Below, one piece after another: positions 1 through 11,834 of a DNA stretch of 64,000 bases; position 1 is the first letter of the stretch; each line of letters starts with the position of its first letter. The position numbers and the translations under genes are program-made. The stretch lies in the NCBI RefSeq assembly GCF_011386835.1, contig NC_088792.1:193688001-193752000 (forward strand). Reading direction: 5' to 3'. Origin of the DNA: Chrysemys picta bellii (taxonomy: Eukaryota). The notes beneath the pieces were generated by a model that worked only from the letters and a program-made list of their open reading frames with translations, did not search any database and had not been told where the DNA came from.

Positions 1-173
1 GTGCAGCAGATGATTACACTGGGCATCAGAGACTTGTGCCTGGGCAGACAACCTCCCTCCCTCTTCTTCCACCATGGAATTGACTTTCTCTGTAAGGGAT
101 AGTTGGCTCGAGGACTTGTACAAATCAGGTGAGCTCACTGTAAGGCCTTGAGGATGTGTATTGGGAATGTGGG

Positions 174-830
174 TGTGACACTGCGCTCCATATTCTTCAC
201 AGTGATATTATGATGATTTATGACATAATTATAATTTATGCAAGATAAGTCATGTAAGGTGTCATTGGAAAAGTTATTATTTGCTGAATATGATTATTGT
301 ATTTGTGTGCATATATCATTTTTGTATCCGAAGTTATGAATATTGACTATGTATCTGGATTTCAAATGTGGTTATACCTGGGTAATGCCCACTAGACAAG
401 ATGCTTTCTGTCTAGATAGTGGGTGGGGAAGGGCCTATCCAGGGCAATTAGCCATTAGGAAAAAACAATAGACCTTAGGAGAAGCTTATCGCCCACCTGG
501 GGTGCCTTCCTGAGAATGCTACAGGCAGCCTCCGAGTAATGGCTGCTGTGACTCTACAAGGATATGTGATGAGCCCACATGTCTTTAGACTCTATCTTGG
601 GATGTCAGTATTTTTCCACAGACTGGTCTGGGAACCAAGCTTTGGGAGCAAAGGGTTCCTGCCATATGCAAAAGCTATATAAGGCAGGGAGTGACATCTG
701 GTGTTCTTCGCTCCCCACACAATAAGACTCCTGGAAACACCTGAGGAACAAAGACTGAAGAGGTGGAAGTGCTGGACCCAGACTAAAGGGATTTTTAGCC
801 TGTGAATGAAAGTTTGAAGGATAACTTAGA
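174..830 (+). mobile_element. LTR-like element fragment (probable solo LTR, 3' end not resolved)
   Basis: Begins TGTGACA. An AT-rich U3-like stretch is followed by GCTATATAAGG (TATA-like, ~675) and an R/U5-like region. It resembles turtle ERV/Gypsy-type LTRs from memory; no TSD found. Confidence 0.5.
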
Positions 831-1609
831 TGCTTACAGTATGCATGGAGTAAAAAAATCAAGAGGGTGAGGCTACAACACTTTTTAAAAGGTGTTCTTT
901 ATTAGTGCATATAAGTCTATTTTTGTTCAGCAAAAGTATTGTGTTTACTTTATAACTTTTTACTGGTTAGCTAAATAAGTTATCCTAAAATCTTCCTCAG
1001 TGATCTCTAGAATATTACAAGGACACCTTTCTTGACCATGATACCCATTTAGTGTCCTAAGTTACTGACTCCTCCTTCACACTGGACAAAAATTGAAATG
1101 GAAAGGAGGGTTAGATGGATATATAATCTATATCCCTGCCTTACAGAGAGCCCCCTTTCAGGAACAGTAGAAGCATCCCTGCAGATCAACCCTATATAGA
1201 TCAAGGAGCTACTGAGATCACCACATCAAGGGTGCTGCTAGGGCAAAGATTTGGTACATTGAATTTTTCAAATGAAACCTGTTGGGAAAAAACTCATCAT
1301 GGAGTTTTAAATATTTTGTACAGATGTTTCCTTAATGGGATATAACATTTTCCCTCTGCATTAGTTTAATGTTGCTTTCCCCTTCAGACTGCAATTATCC
1401 ATCAAGCAAACACTGAATAGTTTATTAGTTTATTCTGCAGCCTAAATTTACACAGAGATTTATCCAAAATGAGTATAGCAACTAAAGTTTACAGATAGCT
1501 TAACTTGCAGTATGGGTTGTAACCTTTACAGATCTTCAGAGAATAGCCACAAAAATTTGATAGAATAGGATTAAGTTTGAGAGGAAAGGCAAGAAAGTAA
1601 TCAGAATGA

Positions 1610-2623
1610 CATCTTTAAAAAGGGGAAGAAGGAGGATCCAGGGAACTACAGGCCAGTCAGCCTCACCTCAGTCCCAAGAAAAATCATGGAGCAGGTTCTC
1701 AAGGAATCAATTCTGAAGCACTTAGAGGAGAGAAAAGTGATCAGGAACAGTCACCATGGATTCACCAAGGGCAAGTCATGCCTGACTAACCTAACTGGCT
1801 CTGTGGATGAGGGGAAAGCAGTGCATGTGTTATTTCTTGACCTTAGCAACGCTTTTGATACGGTCTCCCACAGTATACTTGCCAGCAAGTTAAAGAAGTA
1901 TGGGCTGGATGAATGGACTATAAGGTGGATAGAAAGCTGGGTAGATCATCGGGCTCAACGGGTAGTGATCAATAGCTCCATGTCTAGTTGGCAGCCGGTA
2001 TCAAGCGGAGTGCCCCAAGGGACGATCCTAGGGCCGGTTTTATTCAATATCTTCATTAATGATCTGGAGGATGGCGTGGATTGCACCCTCAGCAAGTTTT
2101 CAGATGACAGTAAACTGGGAGGAGTGGTAGATATGCTGGAGCGTAGGGATAGATACAACGGGACCTCGACAAATTAGAGGATTGGGCCAAAAGAAATCTG
2201 ATGAAGTTCAACAAGGACAAGAGCAGAGTCCTGCACTTAGGACGGAAGAATCCTATCCACTGCTACAGACTAGGGACCGAAGGGCTAGGCAGCAGTTCTG
2301 CAGAAAAGGACCTAGGGGTCACAGTGGATGAGAAGCTGGATATGAGTCGACAGTGTGCCCTTGTTGCCGAAAAGGCTAACGGCATTTTGGGCTGTATAAG
2401 TAGAGGCATTGCCAGCAGATCGAGGGACATGATCATTCCCCTCTATTTGACATTGGTGAGGCCTCATCTGGAGTACTGTGTCCAGTTTTGGGCCCCACAC
2501 TACAAGAAGGATGTGGAAAAATTGGAAAGAGTCCAGCGGAGGGAAACAGGGAACAGGAATTGTTTAGTCTGCAGAAGAGAAGAATGAGGGGGGATTTGAT
2601 AGCTGCTTTCAACTACCTGAGGG
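1610..2623 (+). mobile_element. CR1 LINE fragment (ORF2 reverse transcriptase), 5'- and 3'-truncated, degraded
   Basis: ORFs 1686-2177 and 2201-2587 translate to CR1 RT motifs ([51 protein letters not shown] in place of [15 protein letters not shown]). Frameshifts and internal deletions are present. Confidence 0.93.
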
Positions 2624-2790
2624 ACATACTGGCTGCCGCTTCCAGCAGCTCCCATTGGCCTGGAGCAGCGAACCACGGCCAGTGGGAGACGCGATCGGCC
2701 GGACCTGTGGACGGGGCAGGTAAACAAACCGGCCCGGCCCGCCAGGGGCTTTCCCTACACAAGCGGCGACCCCAGTTTGAGAAACACCTC
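2624..2790. mobile_element. Right half of a non-autonomous hAT-type MITE
   Basis: Internal sequence is related to the intact MITEs at 25374, 37870 and 49864 (CCCATTGGCC, GCGATCGGCCG, GCAGGTAAACAAA). It ends in CAGTTTGAGAAACAC, a TIR-like end; the left half is absent. Confidence 0.7.
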
Positions 2791-5346
2791 TATAGAGTGA
2801 CACGTATTCAGGTTTTGGTTTTAGTCCAATTCAGAATGAATTTATTTTTTGAAAGTTGCTTGTAACCTGGAATCTGACCCTGAGGTCTGCTCTACTTGCA
2901 GTCCCTTAGAACTAGAGATAAGATTCTATGACAGCTTCCCAGAGGCATTGACTTTTAACCTTGATGATTCATAAGATATTGGAAAATAAAGTGGTTCCTT
3001 ATTGTAAGTCCTAACAGACCGAAGTCCTGATATCCATCCCATTATATATTCTTGACCAACTTGACTAATATTTGCCCTCTTCAAAGTTAATGCATCATTG
3101 GCAACTTTTATGTATCCTCAGACCATTTGATGGTAACTGTTTTTCCTACTTTCTTTGTCAATATTTCACTATTTCTAGAGAGCTTTTATTCTTACCACCT
3201 ATATCATTCAATACTAGGTAAGAGATTCCATGGCTAATGTGAGCTGGTGAAATTGGTAAATGAACTCTTGCCTGTCTCTTTGATTACTTCTGGAGAGGCT
3301 TTGTGCCTTTTTTTTTGTCCTGTAGGAATGGTACTATATTTTGCTTGAGAGTATTCTGCAGAGAGTAGTCTATTTTTTTTGCACACTATATTTTGTTATA
3401 CCCTAGAATACTCTGATTTAGTACCTCCAACATCATGCTACTGCATCTGACAAAGTAAGGTTCCTTTTTTCCCACATCAGCATTTGGCCATATACATTAT
3501 ATGTATGTCTTATCCTCTCATTTTTCAAACCACTATAGAATACAGAGACAAACTGCAATGAAACACCTGCCCTAGGATGGTGGACTGTAGATGCAAAGCA
3601 AAAAAGACTGATTAGTCACCAGTCATTACCTCAAGGTCAGAGGAACAGGCTTGTTTTACTTAGTATAAAATTATTACCATCACTGTTATCAGAATGGCTC
3701 TCCCCCAATGTATTTTTCCCGCCGCGTACCCTCAGTATGCGCAGCCGGGGAAAAAGATTCCATGATCCAAGTCCTAGTTTTAGTCATCAGGTCTTCAAAT
3801 AATAATTTAATCTCCTTGTGGAGTCTGGTAACCATGCAATCAACTGACTAGTACAGCTGTGTGGAAGATCTGAATATTGCTTCTTTAGGCTGCATTTCAG
3901 CAGGTGCATAAGTTGATGGCTCAGCCAGTCCATCTTGGCATGCAGTTTCCTCAGTTTGGGGTCTTTTATGATGCATGTCAGGATTCTGCAACTTTAAGTA
4001 TTATGGCCATCTTGTGCTTCTCTGCTTATATACATAATGAGGAAATGATTATCCAGCCTCATTCAAGCTTTCCTTTTATGATGTCTTTGAAACATCCTAA
4101 TGTTAGATCAAGGCTAAAAAAATGCTTTCACCATTTCTGGTACATTGTGTGATGTCTATCCATTCAGAGCTATTCAAAATTTCACCCCAAGCACTTTTTC
4201 TTCCGCCAACATTGTCATTTTGTTTTTTAGAAACCGTGAAACACTCAAGTTTTGGAACCTGCAGAAGTACTCCACCCACCACCTATCATTCAAAAATGCT
4301 TCTAATTTACTAATTTTTTATGTTTATAGCACCACAGTTCAGATGATTAATTATTCAGTGTCAACAAAGATGCACATACAATGTTTTAAGCATGTTTGTT
4401 TAGCTGTAAACAATAAGAACTCTTCTAACTGGGCTGTGGTTATATCATACTGTACTTTAGGTAGGGTAGATTAGATAGTTAGATAAGCTGTTCGAGAAAA
4501 GGTCTCTTTTTCACTGTATAAGAATTATGTATGCACAGTTGTCAGAGGCACTCCGGAGAAAAGCTCTACTTACTCTGGAGTGCAGCCAAATCTTGTGAAC
4601 ACAATTCTTGATAATGTCAGTTTCACTGAGAAACAAACACTCTCTTTCATTTACTACATCTGTATGAAATAAAAAAAAAACCCACTAACATCTCTATTGT
4701 GATTTCAGTTTTATCCTACTGTCACTTTATTTGTTCATTCATACAAATAGAAAGCAGTGTCCTGTATAAACTGCAATATCCCAAACTAAAATAGTAGTTA
4801 AAAAGTTATTCCTCCATACAACCAATAAGTTAACATGGGTGAAAAAACACAAGTAGTAATTACAAGTTTGTGCTAAATCAAGTAAAGAAAGCAAATTCAG
4901 ATTAGGATATGGGTTGACAGAATAGGATTAAGAGTCTCAGTCTTAATCCGTCTTTAACTCACTTTTATAGTGTCTAGATAGCAGTGTGTCAGGTACTGTA
5001 AGATCACTGGATCATGCATTTAATGAATCACAGACACCTGTAAACATGTAGTGCAGAAGAGAAACAATTAACAACAAAACTTCTGAATTGATAGAATTTC
5101 CTTCCATTTGTATGTGCAAGTCATACCATTAAAGTTAATTTCATTTCCCCCCCTCTTTTTAATATAGCCTTTGGGGAGCTTTTTACAAGGTTGTATTGAG
5201 AGACAATAAACAGTTGAAATGAACAACACTATTTTACATAGGGAAGGGCATCAGTTAGATAAATGAAAAGTTGGGCTAAAATCTCATCTTGAAGTTATAA
5301 CCAAACTGGCCTTGAAGATTTTTTTGACATTCTTTTAAAAACAAAC

Positions 5347-5367
5347 ATATATATATATATATATATA
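5347..5367. repeat. (AT)n microsatellite
   Basis: Directly visible. Confidence 0.95.
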
Positions 5368-5379
5368 ATGCTTCTCTGC

Positions 5380-6140
5380 CCTTCCTGGTGTCAGTCAGTC
5401 AGGACTAGAACTGGGCTGCAGGTGTATCTAGGTACAGAACTGAAAGCAAAGAGTTTGTCACTGTGTTTGTGCTCTCCGTGTCTCCGCTGCTGGCACCCAG
5501 AAGCATGGAGGAAGCAGCCATTTGATTCAAATACAAAGGAACAGCAGCCAGACAGAGACTTACAAGGGAGGGCCAGGCAAGAAAATTGGGATAAGGAGTC
5601 CAAGGGGTAGAGAACTAGGCAAGGAGACCAGCTGTAGGAGCCAGAGATAAAATGATGAGCTGGGAGAGACAGGGACTGGCAGACTTAACAAGGAGCCAAT
5701 GTGCAGGGGGAGAATTGGGACTGACTGGGTGAAGAGACAGGGACAGGTTGCTAAGGGAGGTGAGGACACTGAGATTGGATGAGAAGGCTATGAAGGGAGA
5801 TAGGGACTAGGAGTCAGTGGGGGCAGAGAATGTGAGGAAGGTGTGCAACTGGAGAATGAGTGCGGGAGGGAACTGGCAGTAACTTGGGAAGGAGACTAGT
5901 GGGGAGAGAGAGAGAGAGAGAGAGGAGAAGTCTAGGGCTGGGCATCTGGAGGATTTCAGACTAGGATTTGCTGGGCAAAAAAAACTGGGACTGGGAGAAG
6001 AAGCCTGAGGAGAATGGGACTGGGGTGAGAAGCTAGTAGAGACAGGACTAGGACAGGGACCTGTTGGAACAGACAGGACACAAGGTGTCAAGCTTGGGAG
6101 GAATGGGCAGAAGAGTCTGCATGTTCTCCTCCATAGCCTG
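5380..6140 (+). repeat. Purine-rich degenerate repeat region with (GA)n tract
   Basis: Strong G/A skew on + with recurring GGGACT/GGAGAG motifs and (GA)n at ~5904-5921. The family was not identified. Confidence 0.55.
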
Positions 6141-6608
6141 GAATGGAACCCAAGACCCCCAAGTCTGACCAACTCTGCTGTCAACAAATATCTCTGAAAT
6201 TCACTAGAAAAGTGTACCATACCCCTCTAGTGCTGGCCCACAATGAGGATTACAACCTCTTATTGCCATCAGTTACTGTGTTAGCGCAAGTGTTAGAGGT
6301 CTTTACAGTGGATCTGAACATTCCAACCCTGCTGATGAAGCATGTGGGTGCCAATATGCCACATGTTGAAATTTGTTTTCCCAGTATGCATTTTTCCTGT
6401 GTTGGGGAGGTAAAAGTGATTATGTAATTAAAGACTGTATCATAACACATACACACACAGGTGGCAAATTACAGTTTCAGAGGTAACTTTACATCTGGCA
6501 TTTCCTAAATTTTGAATGTTTGACTTTGCAACCTTAAAGGTCTGTTAACATAGGTTTATGTATATCCTATACAGATTTTTATACTGTGCTGATCACCATA
6601 GTATCTGA

Positions 6609-6832
6609 GGGTATGTCTAGAATAAAAGTCCCGGGGCATAGCTGCAGCTGGTTGGGTCAGCTGACTCAGGCTGCAGAGCTAAAAATTGCAGTGTGGAGGT
6701 TTGTGTTCAAGCTGGACCCCAGGATCTGGGATCTGCCCCATGAGTTCAGGATCCAGCCTGAGCCCCAATGTCTACACGGTAATTTTACAGCCTGGCTGCC
6801 CAAGCCACACCAGCCCATGTGTACATGTACCC
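6609..6832. mobile_element. Harbinger/PIF-type MITE, degraded
   Basis: Ends GGGTATGTCTA...TGTACATGTACCC resemble the TIRs of the clean copy at 59758. The TSD is not recognisable. Confidence 0.55.
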
Positions 6833-7129
6833 AAGGTGCTTTCCAATGAGTAGTACATCAAGCAATGGACTAACATCTGTCATGTGTTTGTTCTCGCCTC
6901 CTCTCTGGTGTGTGCAGTGGAGTTTTTTTGTTTTAGAATATTTGTATAATATATATGTGCACACATGTTGCTCTGTTTGAGAAGGCAGGTCACAAATGCA
7001 GCTTCCACTTGGAGCAGCAGATGGTGAGATTTGTGGTGGTGCTTAGTTCCTGTGGCAGTTCACTCCACCGTTCTGACTGACCCCCAAGAAATATCTGTCT
7101 CCCATACAGATGAGCTTTACTCATATTGT

Positions 7130-7440
7130 AGAATGTCCCATTGTAGTAGAGAGGTAAAATTATCAACCACTGTCTTCATCCAGAGTTTTTCATTTGTTTA
7201 GATATCCTGGGCCCGGGCCATTGAGAACTTGGAAGATAGAAACAGAGACCTTGCATTTGATTTGAGATTCTAGAGGAAGCCTGTGTAGAGAGCAGAGAAC
7301 AGGTCTGATGCATTCATGTTTGCCTGTGTTGCTAAGGGAATGTGCTGCAGTGTTCTGCACCAGTTGGAGTTTTCTACACACTGAAGGCTTCGTATCCAGG
7401 TATACTGTATTGCTGTAGTCCAATTGAGATGTGATTTAGG
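7130..7440 (-). mobile_element. L2-type LINE ORF2 C-terminal fragment
   Basis: ORF 7190-7423(-) reads DYSN...RKLQLVQNTAAHSL...IRPVLCSLHRLP...LNGPGPGYL, matching the L2 post-RT motif LDYCN..LQLVQNAAARL..ITPVL..LHWLP. Confidence 0.8.
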
Positions 7441-9489
7441 CATAAATAACTGGGATAAGATGGAGCCCCCTAGTCAATCGGAGAAACTTATTCCCCCCTC
7501 ACGTTCAGACTCCTTTGGATGCAGACGCCATTACTGCTGTGTAACTTACACTTTGAGTAACCTGAAGCAGTTGTAATTTAAACAGGATGGAGATCATTTT
7601 AACTCAATGCTTCTAGGGAAGACTTGTCCTATGTTTTACCCTCTCAGTGAACTTGTAAAAAAGCAATTAGTAGAATTTCACAATTGGGGACTAATTCCTC
7701 CTGTAGAGTGAATGGCCTGAAGGGAAGGGCTATATACCAGTTGATTTGCTCATAGTGAGTTGGAAGGAGATTAATGAGAGAAGTCCCATAGCATAATTAA
7801 GAAACATTGTGCCTGATCCTCTCAACTCCCATTAAATTCAGTGATAAGATGTTCAGGTCCATGCTCTACACTTATTTTCTCTTCTATCTTCAGAATTTTT
7901 CTTTGAATTTAGTTGAGTACTTCTGGCTTGTAAGCATGAGGTTCTGGAACATTTTTTATTTTTATTTTTAATTTTTTTTTTTAAAAGAAACATAGTCTAG
8001 ACCTCAAATGGGTTTTCTCAGGCTGTAAGTAGGGAGCAGCAGGACTTTAGTATTTAGTGTTCTTTTAATTAAAATAGCAGTTTACTCTGAGCCTTAGAAT
8101 TAATTACTTCTTGAATTGCTTCTCTGTTTTACTAACACAGTGTTTGGCAGTTTTGCAACTGAATATCTGAACAGGAGGCTGTTCATTTTTAGAAAGCTGA
8201 TGCAGAATACATTGAGTAAGCTGAACTATAATTGTCATGTACAAATATGTACTATTCATCTTAAACATGAAAACCTCGGTGGAATTTGCATATGTGAGCG
8301 TTGAGTGAAAGGTTGTTCAAAAGATAGAAATCAAAGCTAATTTTAACATTAGTGACCTAATGTTAATAAATTTTGCTCCAACAAGGACTTGAAATACAGC
8401 TGATTATCCCTCCATAGACCAAGTAGTTTGCATTTTACAGAAAATATGTGCTACAAAAGGAGTTTTTATAACCAAATTTGCTGTCGTACAGAGACAGATT
8501 ATAGCAGCTGTATATCAAAGCAAGCATTTTAAATAAAACGTTATGAAAAGGTTTAATCATGTAACTACTCATTCATGTAAACAATATTCATAAAATAATT
8601 CTATATATAGTTAATCTTGGAGAGATTGCAACCACAACAAAATTGTCAAACATTTTATTTCTGGGAAATATAACTTATATTGGCTTACCTTATTCAGAGC
8701 ACTGTGTTTCATATCAGTTTCCTAAAAGCTTCATGTATGCAGAACAAGGCAAACATCTGCTTTAATTAAGAAGCTTTTTTCTAGGTTGTTGCTTGAAAAA
8801 ATCCTTTCAACATATACAATTCAGTAACAGCTTAAAACTAAACCTCTTCTTAATGGGAAAAACTATTAGCAATATTTTGTGTCACTAGTTTGCCTCTGGT
8901 TTTGTCTTCGAACTTTCCTGCATATTTTGTTCCTGTCACAAACTGCTGTCACTTTGGGTGAAATTCCTTTCACCAGGGTAAAGCCAGTGTGAAAAGGCTT
9001 TTACACTGTTTCAGTGCAGTGGAGCTAGGGAGATGAAATCTGTTCCCCTTTCCCCTGCAACCAAATGCAAGAGTTCAGAGATACAGCGTGAAGCTTCCCT
9101 CTACTCCTATGTGTACCCATTTTACTGGGTCTGGTCCCACATGTAGCAACCCTATCATTTGCTTGGTAAACATGAACATGGTGGACCTCTCTTGGTCTAC
9201 CTCCATTGTTCACCTCAGTGCTAGCCGCTGAAAGCTCAAGGAATATCTATCTGTGCAGCACACAGCATGTGTGGAGCCCACCCCTACTCCACATGGTCAC
9301 TCTGCTTGCGGATTTTTGAGTCTCCCTTTCTCGAGTAGAAATCTAAAGGCGTGGTGCTGCATTCCTTATTTGGTGACACCATCCTTAATAGTCTCACAGA
9401 GACAACACCCAGTGAAGTCAATGGAAAGACTCCCAGGGCTTTATTCACAAAGGAGATTTAGATTCAGCATTGTCATGCCTAATGTTTAG

Positions 9490-10620
9490 GCACCCTGCAA
9501 CCTAGTGGAATCCATGATACCAAGTTAGGCGTCCAGGTCTCCCAATATAATGCATGCAGAGATATGGGCACCTAAAAATGTTTTGTACAAAGCCCAGCAA
9601 GCTGAGTGGAGAGCTGCCTAAGCTAGCCAATAGAAAGAAAATGCTGAGGAGAGGGGTGAGACCTAAACTCCATCTCTTCGCAGAATGTAGGTGTCTAAAT
9701 CCAGGCTGGTCCGAGGTTCCTATCTCTACTTGATATTCATAGCTGTTAACCCTTTCCAAAAATTCAGTGCCTAAGGTCTTTCTTGCAAAAAATGGAGGAG
9801 GAACAGGTATTCCCATGATAACCTTTAGCCCAGTGGTTAGAGCACTCACCTGGGATTTGGAAGACCTAAATTCCAATCCCCCCTCTACCTGCTGTGGTGC
9901 AGGGACTCTAAACCTAGGTCCCCTGCCAGTCAGCTGAGTGTCCTGACTACTGGGCTATGGGATATTCTGGTATGCAAGAGGGGTCTCAATCTCTCCTGTT
10001 GAAGCTGCTCCACTTTGTATAAATAAAGCCATTGGAATGGGGACTTGAACTTGGTTTTCCCACTTTCCAGGTGAGTGGCCTAACCATCAGGCACTCACAT
10101 GCTCTGCCACAATAACCATTTAATTCATTTATACAAAGTGGAACAGCTTCAACACCCCAGAATACCTTGTGGTTAGGGCACTCAGCTGGGAGATGGGTGA
10201 CCTAAGTTCAAATCCTTATTCCACATCAGGCAGATTTGAACCTGGATCTCCCACATCCTGTGTGAATGCACCAAACACTGGGCTAAAGATTTATGGGGGA
10301 CACCATCTCCTTTGGCCTTGTTTTGTGCAAAGTCCAATACATTAGGCTTGCTCAGAACACGCCTACTGGATTGGGCTCTGTAGGCAAGATAGGCAGGGGA
10401 AGACCTCGTTCCAGGTCTTAGGCGTGAACTATGTGCCCTGGTGTCAGGACATAGATAGCTCTGCACATGCCCAGTAACAGAAATATAGGTGCCTAGGGGA
10501 CTTCACCAGCAAAATTTAGTTTCCCAGGGATGTTAGGTGCCTGCTGGGTTAGGCAGAGGCTGAGCAGGAGTTTTGATTATCTACATTTTGGATTTAGGCA
10601 CCTAAATTCCTTTCTGAATT
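9490..10620. repeat. Compound interspersed repeat with several tRNA-like (A-box/B-box) units in alternating orientation
   Basis: TAGCCCAGTGGTTAG...TTC(A/C)AATCC-like units lie at ~9825(+), ~9900-9957(-), ~10040-10092(-), ~10168-10215(+) and ~10235-10285(-). Flanks carry repeated TTAGGCACCTA motifs. Confidence 0.65.
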
Positions 10621-10916
10621 CTTCCCTTCTATTCATCTCCTTCTTTCTTCCCTGCCTCATTCCTCAACAATACCGAACCTCAAGTCTAAAGTAGCTGTGT
10701 GTCTGAAAATTAGAAGTGAAGCTAGCACCTTAGCTGGTGTAAATCAGTGCATCTCCATTGACCTCAGTGGAACTGTATTGATATGTACCAGCTGAAAAAC
10801 TAACCAAAGATAGGTTTCAGAGTAGCAGCCGTGTTAGTCTGTATCCGCAAAAAGAACAGGAGTACTTGTGGCACCTTAGAGACTAACAAATTTATTAGAG
10901 CATAAGCTTTCGTGGA

Positions 10917-11600
10917 CTACAGCTTATTCAAACCAGAGTTGATTGTGCCTAGTTTGCATATCAATTCCAGCTCAGCAGTCTCTCGTTGGAGTCTGTTTTT
11001 GAAGTTTTTCTGTTGTAATATAGCCACCCGCAGGTCTGTCACTGAATGACCAGACAGGTTAAAGTGTTCTCCCACTGGTTTTTGAGTATTTTGATTCCTG
11101 ATGTCAGATTTGTGTCCATTAATTCTTTTGCGTAGAGACTGTCCGGTTTGGCCAATGTACATGGCAGAGGGGCATTGCTGGCACATGATGGCATATATCA
11201 CATTGGTAGATGTGCAGGTGAACGAGCCCCTGATGGTATGGCTGATGTGATTAGGTCCTATGATGATGTCACTTGAATAGATATGTGGACAGAGTTGGCA
11301 TTGGGGTTTGTTACAAGGATAGGTTCCTGGGTTAGTGGTTTTGTTCAGTGATGTGTGGTTGCTGGTGAGTATTTGCTTTAGGTTAGGGGGTTGTCTGTAA
11401 GCTAGGACAGGTCTGTCTCCCAAGATCTGTGAGAGTAAAGGATCATCTTTCAGGATAGGTTGTAGATCTCTGATGATGCGCTGGAGAGGTTTTAGTTGGG
11501 GGCTGAAGGTGACAGCTAGTGGTGTTCTGTTATTTTCTTTGTTGGGCCTGTCTACTCCGGTTTGAATAAGGACTGGGAATGGCTGAGCCTTTACAAACAT
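10917..11600 (-). CDS. PLE-derived GIY-YIG endonuclease ORF, 227 aa (chimeric start and stop, no RT; expression unknown)
   Basis: Contains a Cys/His linker (CNKPQCQLCPH), VIY...YIG (NVIYAIMCQQCPSAMYIGQT), and conserved R (LRKR), H, E (RETAELE) and terminal GLN. About 210 aa of true PLE sequence has no stop. The first ~16 aa come from antisense UTR sequence. Confidence 0.6.
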   Translation of the reverse strand: MFVKAQPFPVLIQTGVDRPNKENNRTPLAVTFSPQLKPLQRIIRDLQPILKDDPLLSQILGDRPVLAYRQPPNLKQILTSNHTSLNKTTNPGTYPCNKPQCQLCPHIYSSDIIIGPNHISHTIRGSFTCTSTNVIYAIMCQQCPSAMYIGQTGQSLRKRINGHKSDIRNQNTQKPVGEHFNLSGHSVTDLRVAILQQKNFKNRLQRETAELELICKLGTINSGLNKL

Positions 11601-11794
11601 TGAATCTATCTCCCCTTGTAAGTATGCTCACACTTCTTATCAAACTGTCTGTACTGGGCTATCTTGATTATCACTTCAAAAAAAAATTTTCTCTTAATTA
11701 ATTGGCCTCTCAGAGTTGGTAAGACAACTCCCACCTGTTTATGCTCTCTGTATGTGTGTATATATATCTCCTCAATATATGTTCCATTCTATAT

Positions 11795-11834
11795 GCATCC
11801 GAAGAATTGGGCTGTAGTCCACGAAAGCTTATGC
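11795..11834 (+). ncRNA. Minimal type-I hammerhead ribozyme-like motif in PLE tail
   Basis: GCAT-CCGAAGA-A-TTGGGC-TGTA-GTCCAC-GAAA-GC-TT-ATGC. Helix I is GCAU/AUGC, the core has C at position 4, helix II has one mismatch, and helix III is the palindrome AGCU. Confidence 0.6.

Noticed and set aside
1686-2587. CR1 RT ORFs (also 15136-16095, 24635-25589, 62084-62917) as functional genes
   Set aside because: Frameshifts, stops, internal deletions and mutated catalytic motifs (FSDD, FADY); 5'-truncated.
3441-3480. Another hammerhead-like motif (GCATCTGACAAAGT...)
   Set aside because: Helix II and the GAAA half are not recoverable; too degenerate to support.
5560-6220. Ser/Pro/Leu-rich minus-strand ORFs
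   Set aside because: Artefact of the purine-rich repeat; no domain or splice support.
9820-10290. tRNA genes
   Set aside because: Only degenerate A/B-box heads are present, with no cloverleaf or acceptor stem.
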